Assembly (NCBI GenBank): GCA_963767285.1
Contig: CAVYDJ010000003.1
Span: 365,049 to 429,048 of the forward strand
DNA: 64,000 bases
From: an uncultured Solirubrobacterales bacterium
GTDB taxonomy: Bacteria > Actinomycetota > Thermoleophilia > Solirubrobacterales > 70-9
Direction of reading: 5' to 3'
Positions 55,140-64,000 of the stretch are shown here, piece by piece (within the stretch, counting starts at the first letter, position 1; every line of letters starts with the position of its first letter). The position numbers and the translations under genes are program-made. The notes under the pieces were generated by a model that saw only the letters and a list, made by a program, of their open reading frames with translations, made no database searches and had not been told where the DNA came from.

Positions 55140-56138
55140 TCAGTCGCCGCGGCGCTTGACGCCGTCGCGGGCGAACGGCGCGAGCCGCTGGCCGCTGACG
55201 ATCGTGTCGCCGAGCGCCTCGTCGATCGCCGCCAGCGTGTCGGCGCTCAGCTCCACGCCGGAGGCGGCGACGTTCGCGTGCACCTGCTCTGGACGCGAGG
55301 CGCCGATGATCGCCGCGGCCAGCTCGTCGCGGCGCAGCGTCCACGCGAGCGCCAGCTCGGCCATCGACAGGCCGGCTTCATCGGCGACCGGGCGCAAGCG
55401 ATCGACCGCTTCGAGCACGGCGTCGTCCATCAAGCGCTCGATCGCGAAGCTCATCTCGTCGTTGGCGGCCCGTGAGTCGGCGGGCGGCGCCTCGCCGGGG
55501 TGGTACTTGCCGGTCAGCACGCCCTGGGCGAGCGGCGACCAGACGATCTGGGAGATCCCGTGGTCCGCGCAGAGGCCGAAGACCTCCTCCTCGGGGGCGC
55601 GCCAGATCATGTTGTACTGCGGCTGGGAGGAGACGAACTTCCGCGCGCCGTCGACCTCCAGCCCGGCGCGGATCTGCTCGGGCGTCCACTCGGAGAAGCC
55701 GATGTGTCGCGCCTTGCCCGCCTCGACGACCGCCGTCAGGCCCTCCATCGTCTCCTCGATCGCGACGTCGGGGTCGAAGCGGTGGCACTGGTAGAGGTCC
55801 ACGTAGTCGGTTTGCAGCCGGGTCAGCGAGGCGTCGATCTGCTTTTCGATCTGCGCCGCCGACAGGCCGGAGTCGGACTCCGACATCGGAAAGTGGACCT
55901 TGGTCGCGAGGATGTACGAGTCGCGGGGGTAGTCCGAGAGGATCTCGCCCCACGCCTCCTCCGCGGCCCCGACGCCGTAGACGTTGGCGGTGTCGAAGAA
56001 GTTGATGCCGGCCTCGAAGGCGGCCTTCGTGCAGGCCTCGGTCTGCTCGCGCTCGATCCCGCCCGAGTAGGTGAGCCAGGAGCCGAGCGCGATCTCCGAG
56101 ACCTCGATCCCGCTGTCGCCGAGCTGTCGTCTGTTCAT
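55140..56138 (-). CDS. Aldo/keto reductase
   Basis: GINFFDTANVYG, ATKV, YVDLYQCHRFD, and the C-terminal IIGASRPEQV. Confidence 0.88.
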   Translation of the reverse strand: MNRRQLGDSGIEVSEIALGSWLTYSGGIEREQTEACTKAAFEAGINFFDTANVYGVGAAEEAWGEILSDYPRDSYILATKVHFPMSESDSGLSAAQIEKQIDASLTRLQTDYVDLYQCHRFDPDVAIEETMEGLTAVVEAGKARHIGFSEWTPEQIRAGLEVDGARKFVSSQPQYNMIWRAPEEEVFGLCADHGISQIVWSPLAQGVLTGKYHPGEAPPADSRAANDEMSFAIERLMDDAVLEAVDRLRPVADEAGLSMAELALAWTLRRDELAAAIIGASRPEQVHANVAASGVELSADTLAAIDEALGDTIVSGQRLAPFARDGVKRRGD

Positions 56139-56145
56139 CGGTCCC

Positions 56146-56313
56146 TCAGCTTTCGAATCGGTAGTTGCAGACCTGGCAGCGGCCCTTGCCGAGCTCGACC
56201 TGGGCGCCGCAAAGATGACACTTGCGGGTCGGGTGGTGACGCCAGATCCGGACCGTGATCGAGAGCGCCAGCAGGACGGCGACGGCGCCGATGTAGATGT
56301 AGAGCGGGTTCAC
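56146..56313 (-). CDS. Small membrane-anchored zinc-ribbon protein (55 aa)
   Basis: GTG 56313 overlaps the upstream stop (GTGA). [26 protein letters not shown] helix, then [18 protein letters not shown]. Confidence 0.5.
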   Translation of the reverse strand: MNPLYIYIGAVAVLLALSITVRIWRHHPTRKCHLCGAQVELGKGRCQVCNYRFES

Positions 56314-56978
56314 CCGGAGCCGACGGCAGCGCCGTGACTCTCCTTCGCCGCTTCGATCAGCGCGAGCACCTCGCGTTCGCGGCCCTCGCGGACCAGCTCG
56401 ACCGGATCCGGGTCGCCGTTGACGATCCCCTCGAAGAAGGCCTTGCGGTCCTGGTAGGTGGGCAGCGTCGCCTTCGCCCAGCCGCGGGCGTCGTTGAGGA
56501 TCACCGCCAACCGGGCGTAGGGCTCGCCGAACTGATCGGCGATCTCGCGCTTGATCCGCTTCGCCAGTGCGGGCGACGCGCCGGCGGTCGAGATCGCGAT
56601 CGCCAGCGGCCCGTTGCGGACGATCGCCGGGAGGATGAAGTTGCACAGCGACGGGACGTCGACGACGTTGACCAACATCGCGCGGCGCTCGGCCGCCTCG
56701 TAGACGGCGATGTTCACGTCGGTGTCGCCGGTCGCCGCGATCGCCAGGAACTTGCCCTCGAGGTCGGCCTCGGCGAAGCCGCGCCGCTCCCAGGTGATCG
56801 AGCCCTCCTCGGCGAGCCCGCGCAGCTCTCCGACCGCCTCCGGGGAGATCAGGGTCACGCGCCCGTCGCAGGCGAGCAGCCCCTCGACCTTCTCGAGCCC
56901 GACGTCCCCGCCGCCGACGACCAGGCAATCGCGCCCGGACAGGCGCAGGCAGGCGATGTAGAACGGCGTCTCGAGCAT
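56310..56978 (-). CDS. Precorrin-2 dehydrogenase / sirohydrochlorin ferrochelatase (SirC/Met8-like, siroheme synthase N-terminal domain)
   Basis: [23 protein letters not shown] Rossmann motif...[17 protein letters not shown]...[15 protein letters not shown]. An alternative upstream ATG at 57059 would add a Cys-rich 27-aa extension. Confidence 0.75.
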   Translation of the reverse strand: MLETPFYIACLRLSGRDCLVVGGGDVGLEKVEGLLACDGRVTLISPEAVGELRGLAEEGSITWERRGFAEADLEGKFLAIAATGDTDVNIAVYEAAERRAMLVNVVDVPSLCNFILPAIVRNGPLAIAISTAGASPALAKRIKREIADQFGEPYARLAVILNDARGWAKATLPTYQDRKAFFEGIVNGDPDPVELVREGREREVLALIEAAKESHGAAVGSG

Positions 56979-57133
56979 CCCCCGCACGCAGCTCTGATCG
57001 CAGGTCCCGCGCTGGTACTGGCAGACGCATTCCTTGCCTGCATATGACTGGGCCGGCATCGCCCCCCAGAGGGTAGAGCCACGAACCGGCGTGCGCCCGG
57101 CGAAGCTCGGCTACGTTGGCCCGCGTGCGTGGG

Positions 57134-58639
57134 ATGGGGATGGCGATCCGATCGGCGCTGACGGGACTGCTGGTCGCGGCGCTGCTGGCCGCGCCGGCCG
57201 CCGCGAGCCCGGCCGAGCCGCTCGGCCACGCGGGCCGCTGGATCACCGACGCGAAGGGGCGCGTGGTGATCCTGCACGGCGCCGCGGTGGTCGTCGGCGG
57301 CTCCTTCGACGCCGCCGACCGCGAGCGCACCGCCGCGCAGGTGGGATTCCGCCGCGCCGACGCCCGCTTCCTCGCCCGCCAGGGCTTCAACGTCGTCCGC
57401 CTGGGGATGTTCTTCCGCGGCTACTCGCCCGAGCCGGGGACGTATGACGACAAATACCTGGGGAGCTTCGCCCGCACCCAGCGCCAGCTCGCACGCGCCG
57501 GGATCTTCAGCCTGGTCGACTTCCACCAGGACCAGCTCGGCCCGCCCTACAACGGCCGCGGCTTTCCGGACTGGTTCCTGATCGACGACGGGCTGCCGAA
57601 CCCGGCGTCTCCATTTCCCCAGGGGTATTTCGACAACCCGGCCCTGAACCGCGCCTACGACCACCTCTGGGCCAACGACCCCGGTCCGGGCGGGGTCGGC
57701 CTGCAGGACCGCTTCGCGGCGGGCTGGGCGCGAGTCGCGGCGCGCTTCGCGCGGGCGCCCGGAGTGCTCGGCTACGACATCTTCAACGAGCCCTGGCCGG
57801 GGTCGGACTACGCCGCCTGCGCGAACCCGGCCGGCTGTCCGCCCGGCGGCTTCGACCAGGTCGAGCTGACGGCGTTCTCGAACCGGATCATCGCCGCGAT
57901 CAGAACGGCAGACGCGCGCCACCTCGCCTTCTACGAGCCGAACCTGCAGTTCGACGTCGGCGCCGCCACCGGCCACGGCCAGGTCGACGATCCCAACGCC
58001 GGCTTCTCGTTTCACAACTACTGCCTCGGCGCCGCGCCCGGGCTGCCGCACGTGCCCGATCCGATCAACGCGTGCCGTGACGTCGGCGAGACGCTCGTCT
58101 TCCGCAACGCCGAGGCGCACAGCGCCGAGACCGGCGCCGCGCTGCTGATGACCGAGTTCGGCGACACCGAGGATCCGGCGATCCAGTCGCGGGTCGCCGA
58201 GCTCGCCGACCGGTTCATGGTCGGCTGGACCAACTGGGCCTACATGGGTTCGACCGGGCAGATCAAGATCGAGGACTCGAAGCCGCCGACGCCGGACAAC
58301 ATCCGCCGCGATCGGCTCGACGCCGTCGTGCGCCCCTATCCGCAACTGGTCGCCGGCACGCCGCTCGAATACACGTGGGACGGCGAGCGCTTCCAGCTCG
58401 CCTTCAGCACCCGTTCGGCGGACGGTTCGCGGCGGTTCGGGCGTGGCTCGCGGAGCGAGATCGTCGTCCCCCGGGCCCGCTTCCCGCACGGCTACGGGGT
58501 GGAGGCCACGGGCGCCAGGGTGGTCTCGAAGCCCGATTCCAAGCTGCTCGTTCTGCGCACCTGCGCCCACGTCAGGCGGGTCGAGATCGCGGTCGCGAAG
58601 GGCCTGGGAGCTCCTTCCGGCTGTCGCGCGCACGCGTAA
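57134..58639 (+). CDS. Secreted GH5-family glycoside hydrolase (endoglycosylceramidase-like)
   Basis: Signal peptide. Acid/base DIFNEPWPG and nucleophile LLMTEFG. Start is one of 57116, 57134 or 57140. Confidence 0.75.
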   Translation: MGMAIRSALTGLLVAALLAAPAAASPAEPLGHAGRWITDAKGRVVILHGAAVVVGGSFDAADRERTAAQVGFRRADARFLARQGFNVVRLGMFFRGYSPEPGTYDDKYLGSFARTQRQLARAGIFSLVDFHQDQLGPPYNGRGFPDWFLIDDGLPNPASPFPQGYFDNPALNRAYDHLWANDPGPGGVGLQDRFAAGWARVAARFARAPGVLGYDIFNEPWPGSDYAACANPAGCPPGGFDQVELTAFSNRIIAAIRTADARHLAFYEPNLQFDVGAATGHGQVDDPNAGFSFHNYCLGAAPGLPHVPDPINACRDVGETLVFRNAEAHSAETGAALLMTEFGDTEDPAIQSRVAELADRFMVGWTNWAYMGSTGQIKIEDSKPPTPDNIRRDRLDAVVRPYPQLVAGTPLEYTWDGERFQLAFSTRSADGSRRFGRGSRSEIVVPRARFPHGYGVEATGARVVSKPDSKLLVLRTCAHVRRVEIAVAKGLGAPSGCRAHA

Positions 58640-58696
58640 TTGCGCGCCCGCGAGCCCTTTGGAGCCGTTTGGACCCCCTGCTACTCTCGCGCCGCA

Positions 58697-61060
58697 ATGA
58701 GGCTGATCATCACGGAGAAGAACAACTCGGCGAAGAAGATCGCCGAGATCCTGTCCGGCGGGGCGGCGAAGGCCGACGCCACCTACAAGGTGCCGTTCTA
58801 CACCTGGACCGATGCCGACGGCGAGCAGATGACCGTCGGGCTCAAGGGTCACGTCATGGGCATCGCCTTCGCCGAGGGCTACGGGAACTGGCAGGAGACC
58901 GACCTCCACGACCTGATCGACGCCGACCTGGTCCCCGAGCCGACCGACAAGAACGTCGTCAAGGCGGTCCGCAAGCTCGCCAAGGACGCGGACTCGGTCG
59001 TGATCGCCACCGACTTCGACCGCGAGGGCGAGCTGATCGGGCTCGAGGCCCTGCGCGAGGCCGTCGACGTGAACGCGGAGGTCGCCCGAACAACCGACGC
59101 CGGCTTCGCCGGCTCCACCCAGGAACTTCTGGCGGCCCGCCCGCCGGTCAAGCGCGCCCGCTACTCCGCGCTGACCAAGGACGAGATCGAGCGGGCGTTC
59201 TCCGAGCTCGACGTCCTCGACTACGACCTCGCGTTCGCCGGCGCCGCGCGGCAGGACATCGACCTGATCTGGGGCGCGACGCTGACCCGCGCCGTCTCGC
59301 TCGCCAGCCGCCGCTTCGGCTCCAACTTCCTCTCGGTCGGGCGCGTGCAGAGCCCGACCCTGGCCCTGATCGTCGAGCGCGAGCTCGAGCGCCGGGCCCA
59401 CGTCCCGAAGCCCTACTGGGAGCTGTTCGCGAACTTCGCCCATCCCGACGGCTCGTTCGAGGCCCACCACGCCACCGACAAGTTCTGGGAGAAGGCAGAG
59501 GCCGACGCGGCGCTGGCCGGGACCAAGAGCCCCGGGATCGTCAAGGGAGTGACCTCGAAGCGCAATACGCGCAAGCCGCCGACGCCGCTGAATACAACGG
59601 CGTTCACCACCGACGCCTCGAGCCGGCTCGGGATCACGCCGGCCGCGGCGATGCGCCTGGCCGAGGACCTCTACATGGACGGCTTCATCTCCTATCCGCG
59701 CACCGACAACACGGTGTATCCGCCCTCGCTGAACACCAAGGAGCTGGTGGCATCGCTCGTCCGGATACCGGAGTTCTCGGCCGCCAAGGGGCTGCTCGAC
59801 AAGCCGCTGGAGGCGACCCGTGGCAAGAAGGAGACCACCGACCACCCGCCGATCTACCCGACCGCTGCGTTGCATCCGAACGCGCTCGGGGAGGGCCCCA
59901 AGCAGCGCGTCTACGAGTTGGTCGTCCGCCGCTTTCTCGCCACCTTCAGCCCGCCGATGATCACCGAGTCGACCCGCGCCGACATCGAGGCGGGCTCGGA
60001 GATGTACTTCGTCCGCGGCTCGGTCGTGGTCGATCCCGGCTATGCGGCGATCTACACCTACGCCCGCTCCTCCGACGACGAGATCCCGAAGCTCGAGGAG
60101 GGCCAGAGCCTGGACCTCGATGGCGAGCCGTGGATCGTCGACAAGGAGACCCAGCCGCCGTCGCGGATCAGCCAGGGCAAGCTGATCGAGCTGATGGAGG
60201 AGGCCGGCCTCGGCACCAAGGCGACGCGCGCCGACATCATCCAGAAGCTCTACGACCGCGGGTACGTGCACTCGAACCCGCCCGAGCCGTCGGAGACGGG
60301 GATCGCGATGTATGAGGGGTTCCACGAGTACGTGCCGCGGATGGCGACGCCGGAGATGACCGCCGAGCTGGAGCGCGACATGGACCAGATCGCCGCCGGC
60401 CAGACCTCCAAGGACGAGGTCGTCGGGATCAGCCGCGAGATGCTGCACTCGACGGTCGCCGCGCTCGAGGACAAGCGCGAGGACTTCGCGAAGCTGATCT
60501 GGAAGGGGATGGACGAGGACAAGTTCATCGGCCCCTGCAAGGTCTGCGAGGAGGCCGGGCGCAAGCGCTCCAACGGCGAGCCCAACCGGTTGCGGATCAT
60601 CGACCTGAAGGGCGGCAAGCGGATGTACGGCTGCGAGGGCTGGGTCAGGCCGCCCGAGACCAAGGAGGGCGAGCCCCCGCCACCCCCGAACCCGGATTCC
60701 TGCCCGGTCAGCGGCCCGCTGCCCGGCCGCTTCTTCGAGCTCTGGCGGCTCGAGGAGCGCTGCTCGGTCTGCGGCGAGCGACCGCGGCTGACGGTGAAGA
60801 AGAAGGGTCCCGGGCGGCCCTGGAAGCTGTGCCTGAACGACGACTGCCCGACGATGGTCGAGATGCGCGAGAAGCGCGCCGAGCGCGAGGCCGCGAAGGA
60901 AGCCGCCGCGGCGGCGAAGGCGGCGGCCGGGGAGGGCGACGGCGCCGAGGCCGACGGCGCCGAGGCGCCCAAGGCACCGGCGAAGTCCGGAGCGAGGCGG
61001 CGGCCCAAGAAGCCGGCGCCGACGACCGCGCGCACCAAGCGGGCCCGCTCGAGCACCTAG
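58697..61060 (+). CDS. topA: Type IA DNA topoisomerase, archaeal-TopA/TopoIII-like N-terminus, C-terminal zinc ribbons and a Lys/Ala-rich tail
   Basis: MRLIITEKNNSAKKIAEILSGG Toprim start. ATDFDREGE. Active-site Tyr in ISYPRTDN. CKVCEE...CEGW and CSVCGE...CLNDDC. Confidence 0.85.
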   Translation: MRLIITEKNNSAKKIAEILSGGAAKADATYKVPFYTWTDADGEQMTVGLKGHVMGIAFAEGYGNWQETDLHDLIDADLVPEPTDKNVVKAVRKLAKDADSVVIATDFDREGELIGLEALREAVDVNAEVARTTDAGFAGSTQELLAARPPVKRARYSALTKDEIERAFSELDVLDYDLAFAGAARQDIDLIWGATLTRAVSLASRRFGSNFLSVGRVQSPTLALIVERELERRAHVPKPYWELFANFAHPDGSFEAHHATDKFWEKAEADAALAGTKSPGIVKGVTSKRNTRKPPTPLNTTAFTTDASSRLGITPAAAMRLAEDLYMDGFISYPRTDNTVYPPSLNTKELVASLVRIPEFSAAKGLLDKPLEATRGKKETTDHPPIYPTAALHPNALGEGPKQRVYELVVRRFLATFSPPMITESTRADIEAGSEMYFVRGSVVVDPGYAAIYTYARSSDDEIPKLEEGQSLDLDGEPWIVDKETQPPSRISQGKLIELMEEAGLGTKATRADIIQKLYDRGYVHSNPPEPSETGIAMYEGFHEYVPRMATPEMTAELERDMDQIAAGQTSKDEVVGISREMLHSTVAALEDKREDFAKLIWKGMDEDKFIGPCKVCEEAGRKRSNGEPNRLRIIDLKGGKRMYGCEGWVRPPETKEGEPPPPPNPDSCPVSGPLPGRFFELWRLEERCSVCGERPRLTVKKKGPGRPWKLCLNDDCPTMVEMREKRAEREAAKEAAAAAKAAAGEGDGAEADGAEAPKAPAKSGARRRPKKPAPTTARTKRARSST

Positions 61061-61067
61061 GGCCCGC

Positions 61068-61658
61068 GTGTTCATCACCCTCGATGGCATCGACCGCTCC
61101 GGCAAGACGACCCAGGCGGCGCTGCTCGCCGAGGCGCTCGGCCCCGAGACGATCCGGCTGCGCGAGCCGGGCGGCACCCCCGCGGGCGAGCGGATCCGCG
61201 AGCTGCTCAAGGATCCCGATCTGGAGCTGACCCCCGGCGCCGAGCTGCTGCTCTTCAACGCCGCCCGGGCCCAGCTCGCGGCCGAGGTGATCGCCCCGGC
61301 CCGCGAGCGGGGCGCCGACATCGTCTGCGACCGCTACATCGACTCGACCGTCGCCTACCAGGGGGTCGCCCGCGGGCTCGGGGTCGAGCTGGTCGAGCAA
61401 CTCAACTCGCTGGTGGTCGGCGACTGCGTGCCGGACCTGACGGTGCTGTTGCGGGTCGATCCCGAGCGCGCGGTCGAGCGCTCCGGTGACGCCGCGGACC
61501 GATTCGAGTCCGAGGGGGTCGAGTTCCAGCGCGCGGTCGCGGCCGCCTACGACGAGCTCGCCGCGCGGCATCCCGAGCGGATCGAGGTGGTCGACGCGGT
61601 GGGTGAGGTCGACGCGGTGGCGGCACGCATCCTGGAGCTGGTCGAGGCGCGTCGATGA
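61068..61658 (+). CDS. tmk: Thymidylate kinase
   Basis: P-loop FITLDGIDRSGKTTQ. REPGGTP. DRYIDSTVAYQG. Confidence 0.92.
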   Translation: MFITLDGIDRSGKTTQAALLAEALGPETIRLREPGGTPAGERIRELLKDPDLELTPGAELLLFNAARAQLAAEVIAPARERGADIVCDRYIDSTVAYQGVARGLGVELVEQLNSLVVGDCVPDLTVLLRVDPERAVERSGDAADRFESEGVEFQRAVAAAYDELAARHPERIEVVDAVGEVDAVAARILELVEARR

Positions 61659-62773
61659 CGGCCCTCGCCGAAGCGACCACCGACCAGCCCGCGGCCAGCG
61701 CGGCGCTGACCGCGGCCGTCGACAACCCCTTCCACGCCTACCTGCTTGCCGGGCCGCCGGGCGCCGGCAAGGCGGCGGCGGCGCGGGCGCTCGCCGCGGA
61801 ACTGCTCGCGGGCGGCGCCGACGACCCGGAGAGCGCGCGCCGCCGGGCGCTTGCGGACCCCTCGCCGCACCCGGACCTGGTCTGGCTGCGCCCGCCGGGG
61901 ACCCAGCACCTGGTCGAGGAGGTGCGCGAGCGGGTGATCGGCCAGATCGCCTACCGCCCGTTCGAGGGCGAGCGGCGGGTGTTCGTGATCGAGGACGCCG
62001 ACGCGATGGCGGAGGAGAGCCAGAACGCGCTGCTCAAGACGCTCGAGGAGCCGCCCCCGTTCGCGCACCTGATCCTGGTCAGCGCCGAACCCGAGTCCCT
62101 GCTGGAGACGGTGCGCTCACGGTGTCGCGCGGTGCGCTTCGCACGCCTGACGCCGGAGGCGGTCGAGGCGCGGTTGGAGGAGTTCCCGGCGGGTTTTGAG
62201 CGCAGCGCCGCGGCGCGGCTGTCGGGCGGCGACACGACGCGGGCACGGTTCCTGCTCGGCGAGCAGGGCGGCGAGCTGCGCGCCGCGGTCGAGGGTCTCG
62301 CGCGAGCCGTGCGCACCGGCGAGCTCGGCGACGCTCCGTGGGAGTCGCTCGCCGCCGCCGCAGACGCCGCGGGCGAGGCCGAGTCGGACGCCGTCCGGTC
62401 CGCTGCCGCGGCCGCCGAGGAGGACGCCGCGGAGCGCACCGGTCCGACCGCGCGGCGCCGCGCCCGCGACGCCGAGGACGCCGCGAAGCGCGCGTCGCGG
62501 CGGGCCCGCAACGCCTCGCTCGACCTCGGGCTCGCCCTGCTCGGGACCTGGATGCGCGACCTGGCCGCCGTCGCCGAGGGCGCTCCGGAGCTTGCCCTCA
62601 ACAGCGACCGCGCCGCCGAGCTCGCCGAGCTCGGCCATGGCCTCGACGCCCGCCGGGCCCGGCGCGCCGGCGAGCTGGTGCTCGACACCCGCCGGCGGCT
62701 GACCGTCAACGTCTCCGAGGCTCTGGCGCTGGAGGCGCTCGCCTTCCGGCTCGAGTTCCTGCTCGCGCGCTAG
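61655..62773 (+). CDS. holB: DNA polymerase III delta' subunit
   Basis: HAYLLAGPPGAGK. VFVIEDADAMAEESQNALLKTLEEPP. SRCRAVRF. Confidence 0.88.
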   Translation: MTALAEATTDQPAASAALTAAVDNPFHAYLLAGPPGAGKAAAARALAAELLAGGADDPESARRRALADPSPHPDLVWLRPPGTQHLVEEVRERVIGQIAYRPFEGERRVFVIEDADAMAEESQNALLKTLEEPPPFAHLILVSAEPESLLETVRSRCRAVRFARLTPEAVEARLEEFPAGFERSAAARLSGGDTTRARFLLGEQGGELRAAVEGLARAVRTGELGDAPWESLAAAADAAGEAESDAVRSAAAAAEEDAAERTGPTARRRARDAEDAAKRASRRARNASLDLGLALLGTWMRDLAAVAEGAPELALNSDRAAELAELGHGLDARRARRAGELVLDTRRRLTVNVSEALALEALAFRLEFLLAR

Positions 62774-63054
62774 GCGTCGCGCTCGAGCACGACCTCGGTC
62801 TGGTCGACCGACGCGCGGGTGCCGGGAGTGTCGCCGGCGTCCATCGCCTGGAACACGGCATCCGCGTCGCGCATGTCCTGCTCGGTGGCGAAGAAGCCGA
62901 CGAAGATGCCGACGGAGGTATCGGCGTCGTAGAGCAGCTTCATCCCCGTCGCGTTGACCCCGGGTGGGGGTCCGTCGTTCTCCTCGACCCGGGCCTTGAT
63001 CTCCTCGATCCGCTCGGGGGTGACGTCCGTGAACCTCACTACGCGTGCGTACAT
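62770..63054 (-). CDS. Hypothetical small protein (ABM/dimeric alpha-beta-barrel-like)
   Basis: 94 aa, high GC3. Stop overlaps the holB stop region. Confidence 0.5.
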   Translation of the reverse strand: MYARVVRFTDVTPERIEEIKARVEENDGPPPGVNATGMKLLYDADTSVGIFVGFFATEQDMRDADAVFQAMDAGDTPGTRASVDQTEVVLERDA

Positions 63055-63123
63055 GGGAAACCTCCTGAGATGGGTGTTCGCCGATCCTAACCCTGCGTCG
63101 GGGCCCCGGGTGATAATTCGGAA

Positions 63124-64000
63124 ATGGCGCGCTCACGCGCATCCACTCCGCGCTCGGTGCGCCGGCGGCCGTTCGGCGTCCGCCTCTACCTGGCGATCGC
63201 CTTCGCCGCGGTGGCGATGATCACCGCCGGGCTCGCCTACCTGCTGGTCTCCGACACCGGCGTCGAGGCCGCCGACGAGGACCTGACCGAGCTCGCGATC
63301 GGGCGCACGGTCGGGCTCGCCGACGAGATCGGCGTCCGGCCCCAGAAGGCTGCCAGGACGACGCTGGCCGGGATCACCGAGCAGGGCTACTCGGCCTGGG
63401 TCTTCGCCGTCGACGGCCGCCTGCTGACCGCGAAGACGTCGGGCGGGATCGAACTGCTCACCGTCGCCGGCGGCCGCGGCGGCGTGCAGAGCGCGCTGAT
63501 CGGCAGCCGCTACGTCGAGGAGCTGCCGGGCGGCGTCACCGTGGTCGCGGTCCCGATCTTCCGCGACGGCGCGATCGATGGCGCGATCCTAGGCCGCTCG
63601 GTGCGCTCGCCGGAGGTCCAGTCCGCGATCGAGGCGCTGCGCGGCGACCGGCTGACCGCGCTCGGGGCCGCGGTTCTGGTCGCGATTCTGATCTCGTTCC
63701 TGATCGCGAGCGCGATCACATCGCGGGTCAAGCGCCTCGCCGAGAGCGCGGCGCGGATCAGCGAGGGCGAGCTCGACGAGCCGCTCGAGGGCGCCGGCGG
63801 CCGCGACGAGATCACCGACCTCGGCCGGGCGCTGGAGCGGATGCGCGGTGCCCTGCGCCAGACGTTCACCGCCCTGCGCGAGGAGCGCGACCGGCTCTCG
63901 GCGATCTTCGAGGCGCTCTCCGACGCGGTCATGGTCGTCCAGCCCGACGGCGAGGTGCGCTTCTTCAACGCCTCGGCCCGCGACCTGATCCGCGCCGACG
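63124..64000 (+). CDS. Sensor histidine kinase, N-terminal part (TM - extracytoplasmic domain - TM - HAMP - PAS); 3' end lies outside the window
   Basis: Not in the ORF track because it is open at the window end. ATG 63124. TM helices LYLAIAFAAVAMITAGLAYLL and LGAAVLVAILISFLIASAI. HAMP RVKRLAESAARISEGELDEPL...EITDLGRALERM. PAS start LSAIFEALSDAVMVVQPDGEVRFFN. Confidence 0.8.
   Translation, partial: MARSRASTPRSVRRRPFGVRLYLAIAFAAVAMITAGLAYLLVSDTGVEAADEDLTELAIGRTVGLADEIGVRPQKAARTTLAGITEQGYSAWVFAVDGRLLTAKTSGGIELLTVAGGRGGVQSALIGSRYVEELPGGVTVVAVPIFRDGAIDGAILGRSVRSPEVQSAIEALRGDRLTALGAAVLVAILISFLIASAITSRVKRLAESAARISEGELDEPLEGAGGRDEITDLGRALERMRGALRQTFTALREERDRLSAIFEALSDAVMVVQPDGEVRFFNASARDLIRAD

Noticed and set aside
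56855-61321. 1488-aa ORF on the minus strand
   Set aside because: It is antisense to sirC-like, GH5, topA and tmk, all of which have clear motifs. Its translation is Arg/Gly/Pro/Ala low-complexity. This is a typical shadow ORF of a 70% GC genome.

Overview
High-GC (about 70%) chromosomal core segment, Actinomycetota-like. Gene order topA-tmk-holB, nrdR-nrdJ and a c-di-AMP riboswitch ahead of a cell-wall hydrolase fit this; Thermoleophilia/Solirubrobacterales is only a guess. The centre of the window (14.3-29.4 kb, minus strand) is a complete 14-gene NADH:quinone oxidoreductase operon, nuoA-N. Most of its genes are joined by 1-10 nt stop/start overlaps. Flanking genes are housekeeping or accessory: acyl-CoA carboxylase alpha (partial), TetR plus a membrane-CMD fusion, two paralogous secreted S1 proteases, an ATL protein, a long ThyX-family protein, serS, msrB, an orphan NarL-type response regulator, a sigma-70 factor, lon, a YcaQ/AlkZ-like glycosylase, an M23 peptidase, nrdR-nrdJ, hemolysin-III, two tandem GAF-GGDEF genes, sirC-like, two glycoside hydrolases, an archaeal-type topoisomerase IA, tmk, holB and a partial HAMP/PAS sensor kinase. 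I saw no rRNA, tRNA, CRISPR array, transposase, integrase or prophage. The most unusual signal is a family of six ~45-50 nt repeats that I found only inside the nuo operon. They occur in both orientations. They sit at the three spacer-containing nuo junctions (nuoB/C, nuoD/E, nuoI/J) or in frame inside nuoG and nuoJ, and they carry SD/start modules and bridging mini-ORFs (MIRU-like). Other notable points: +1 frameshifts in nuoN and in a glycoside hydrolase; an orphan coding fragment in frame behind a protease stop codon; a degenerate/intact GGDEF pair; a strand-ambiguous segment next to a perfect 20-bp palindrome; and two copies of a palindromic terminator element. All functional calls come from motif recognition by eye, and no database search was run.
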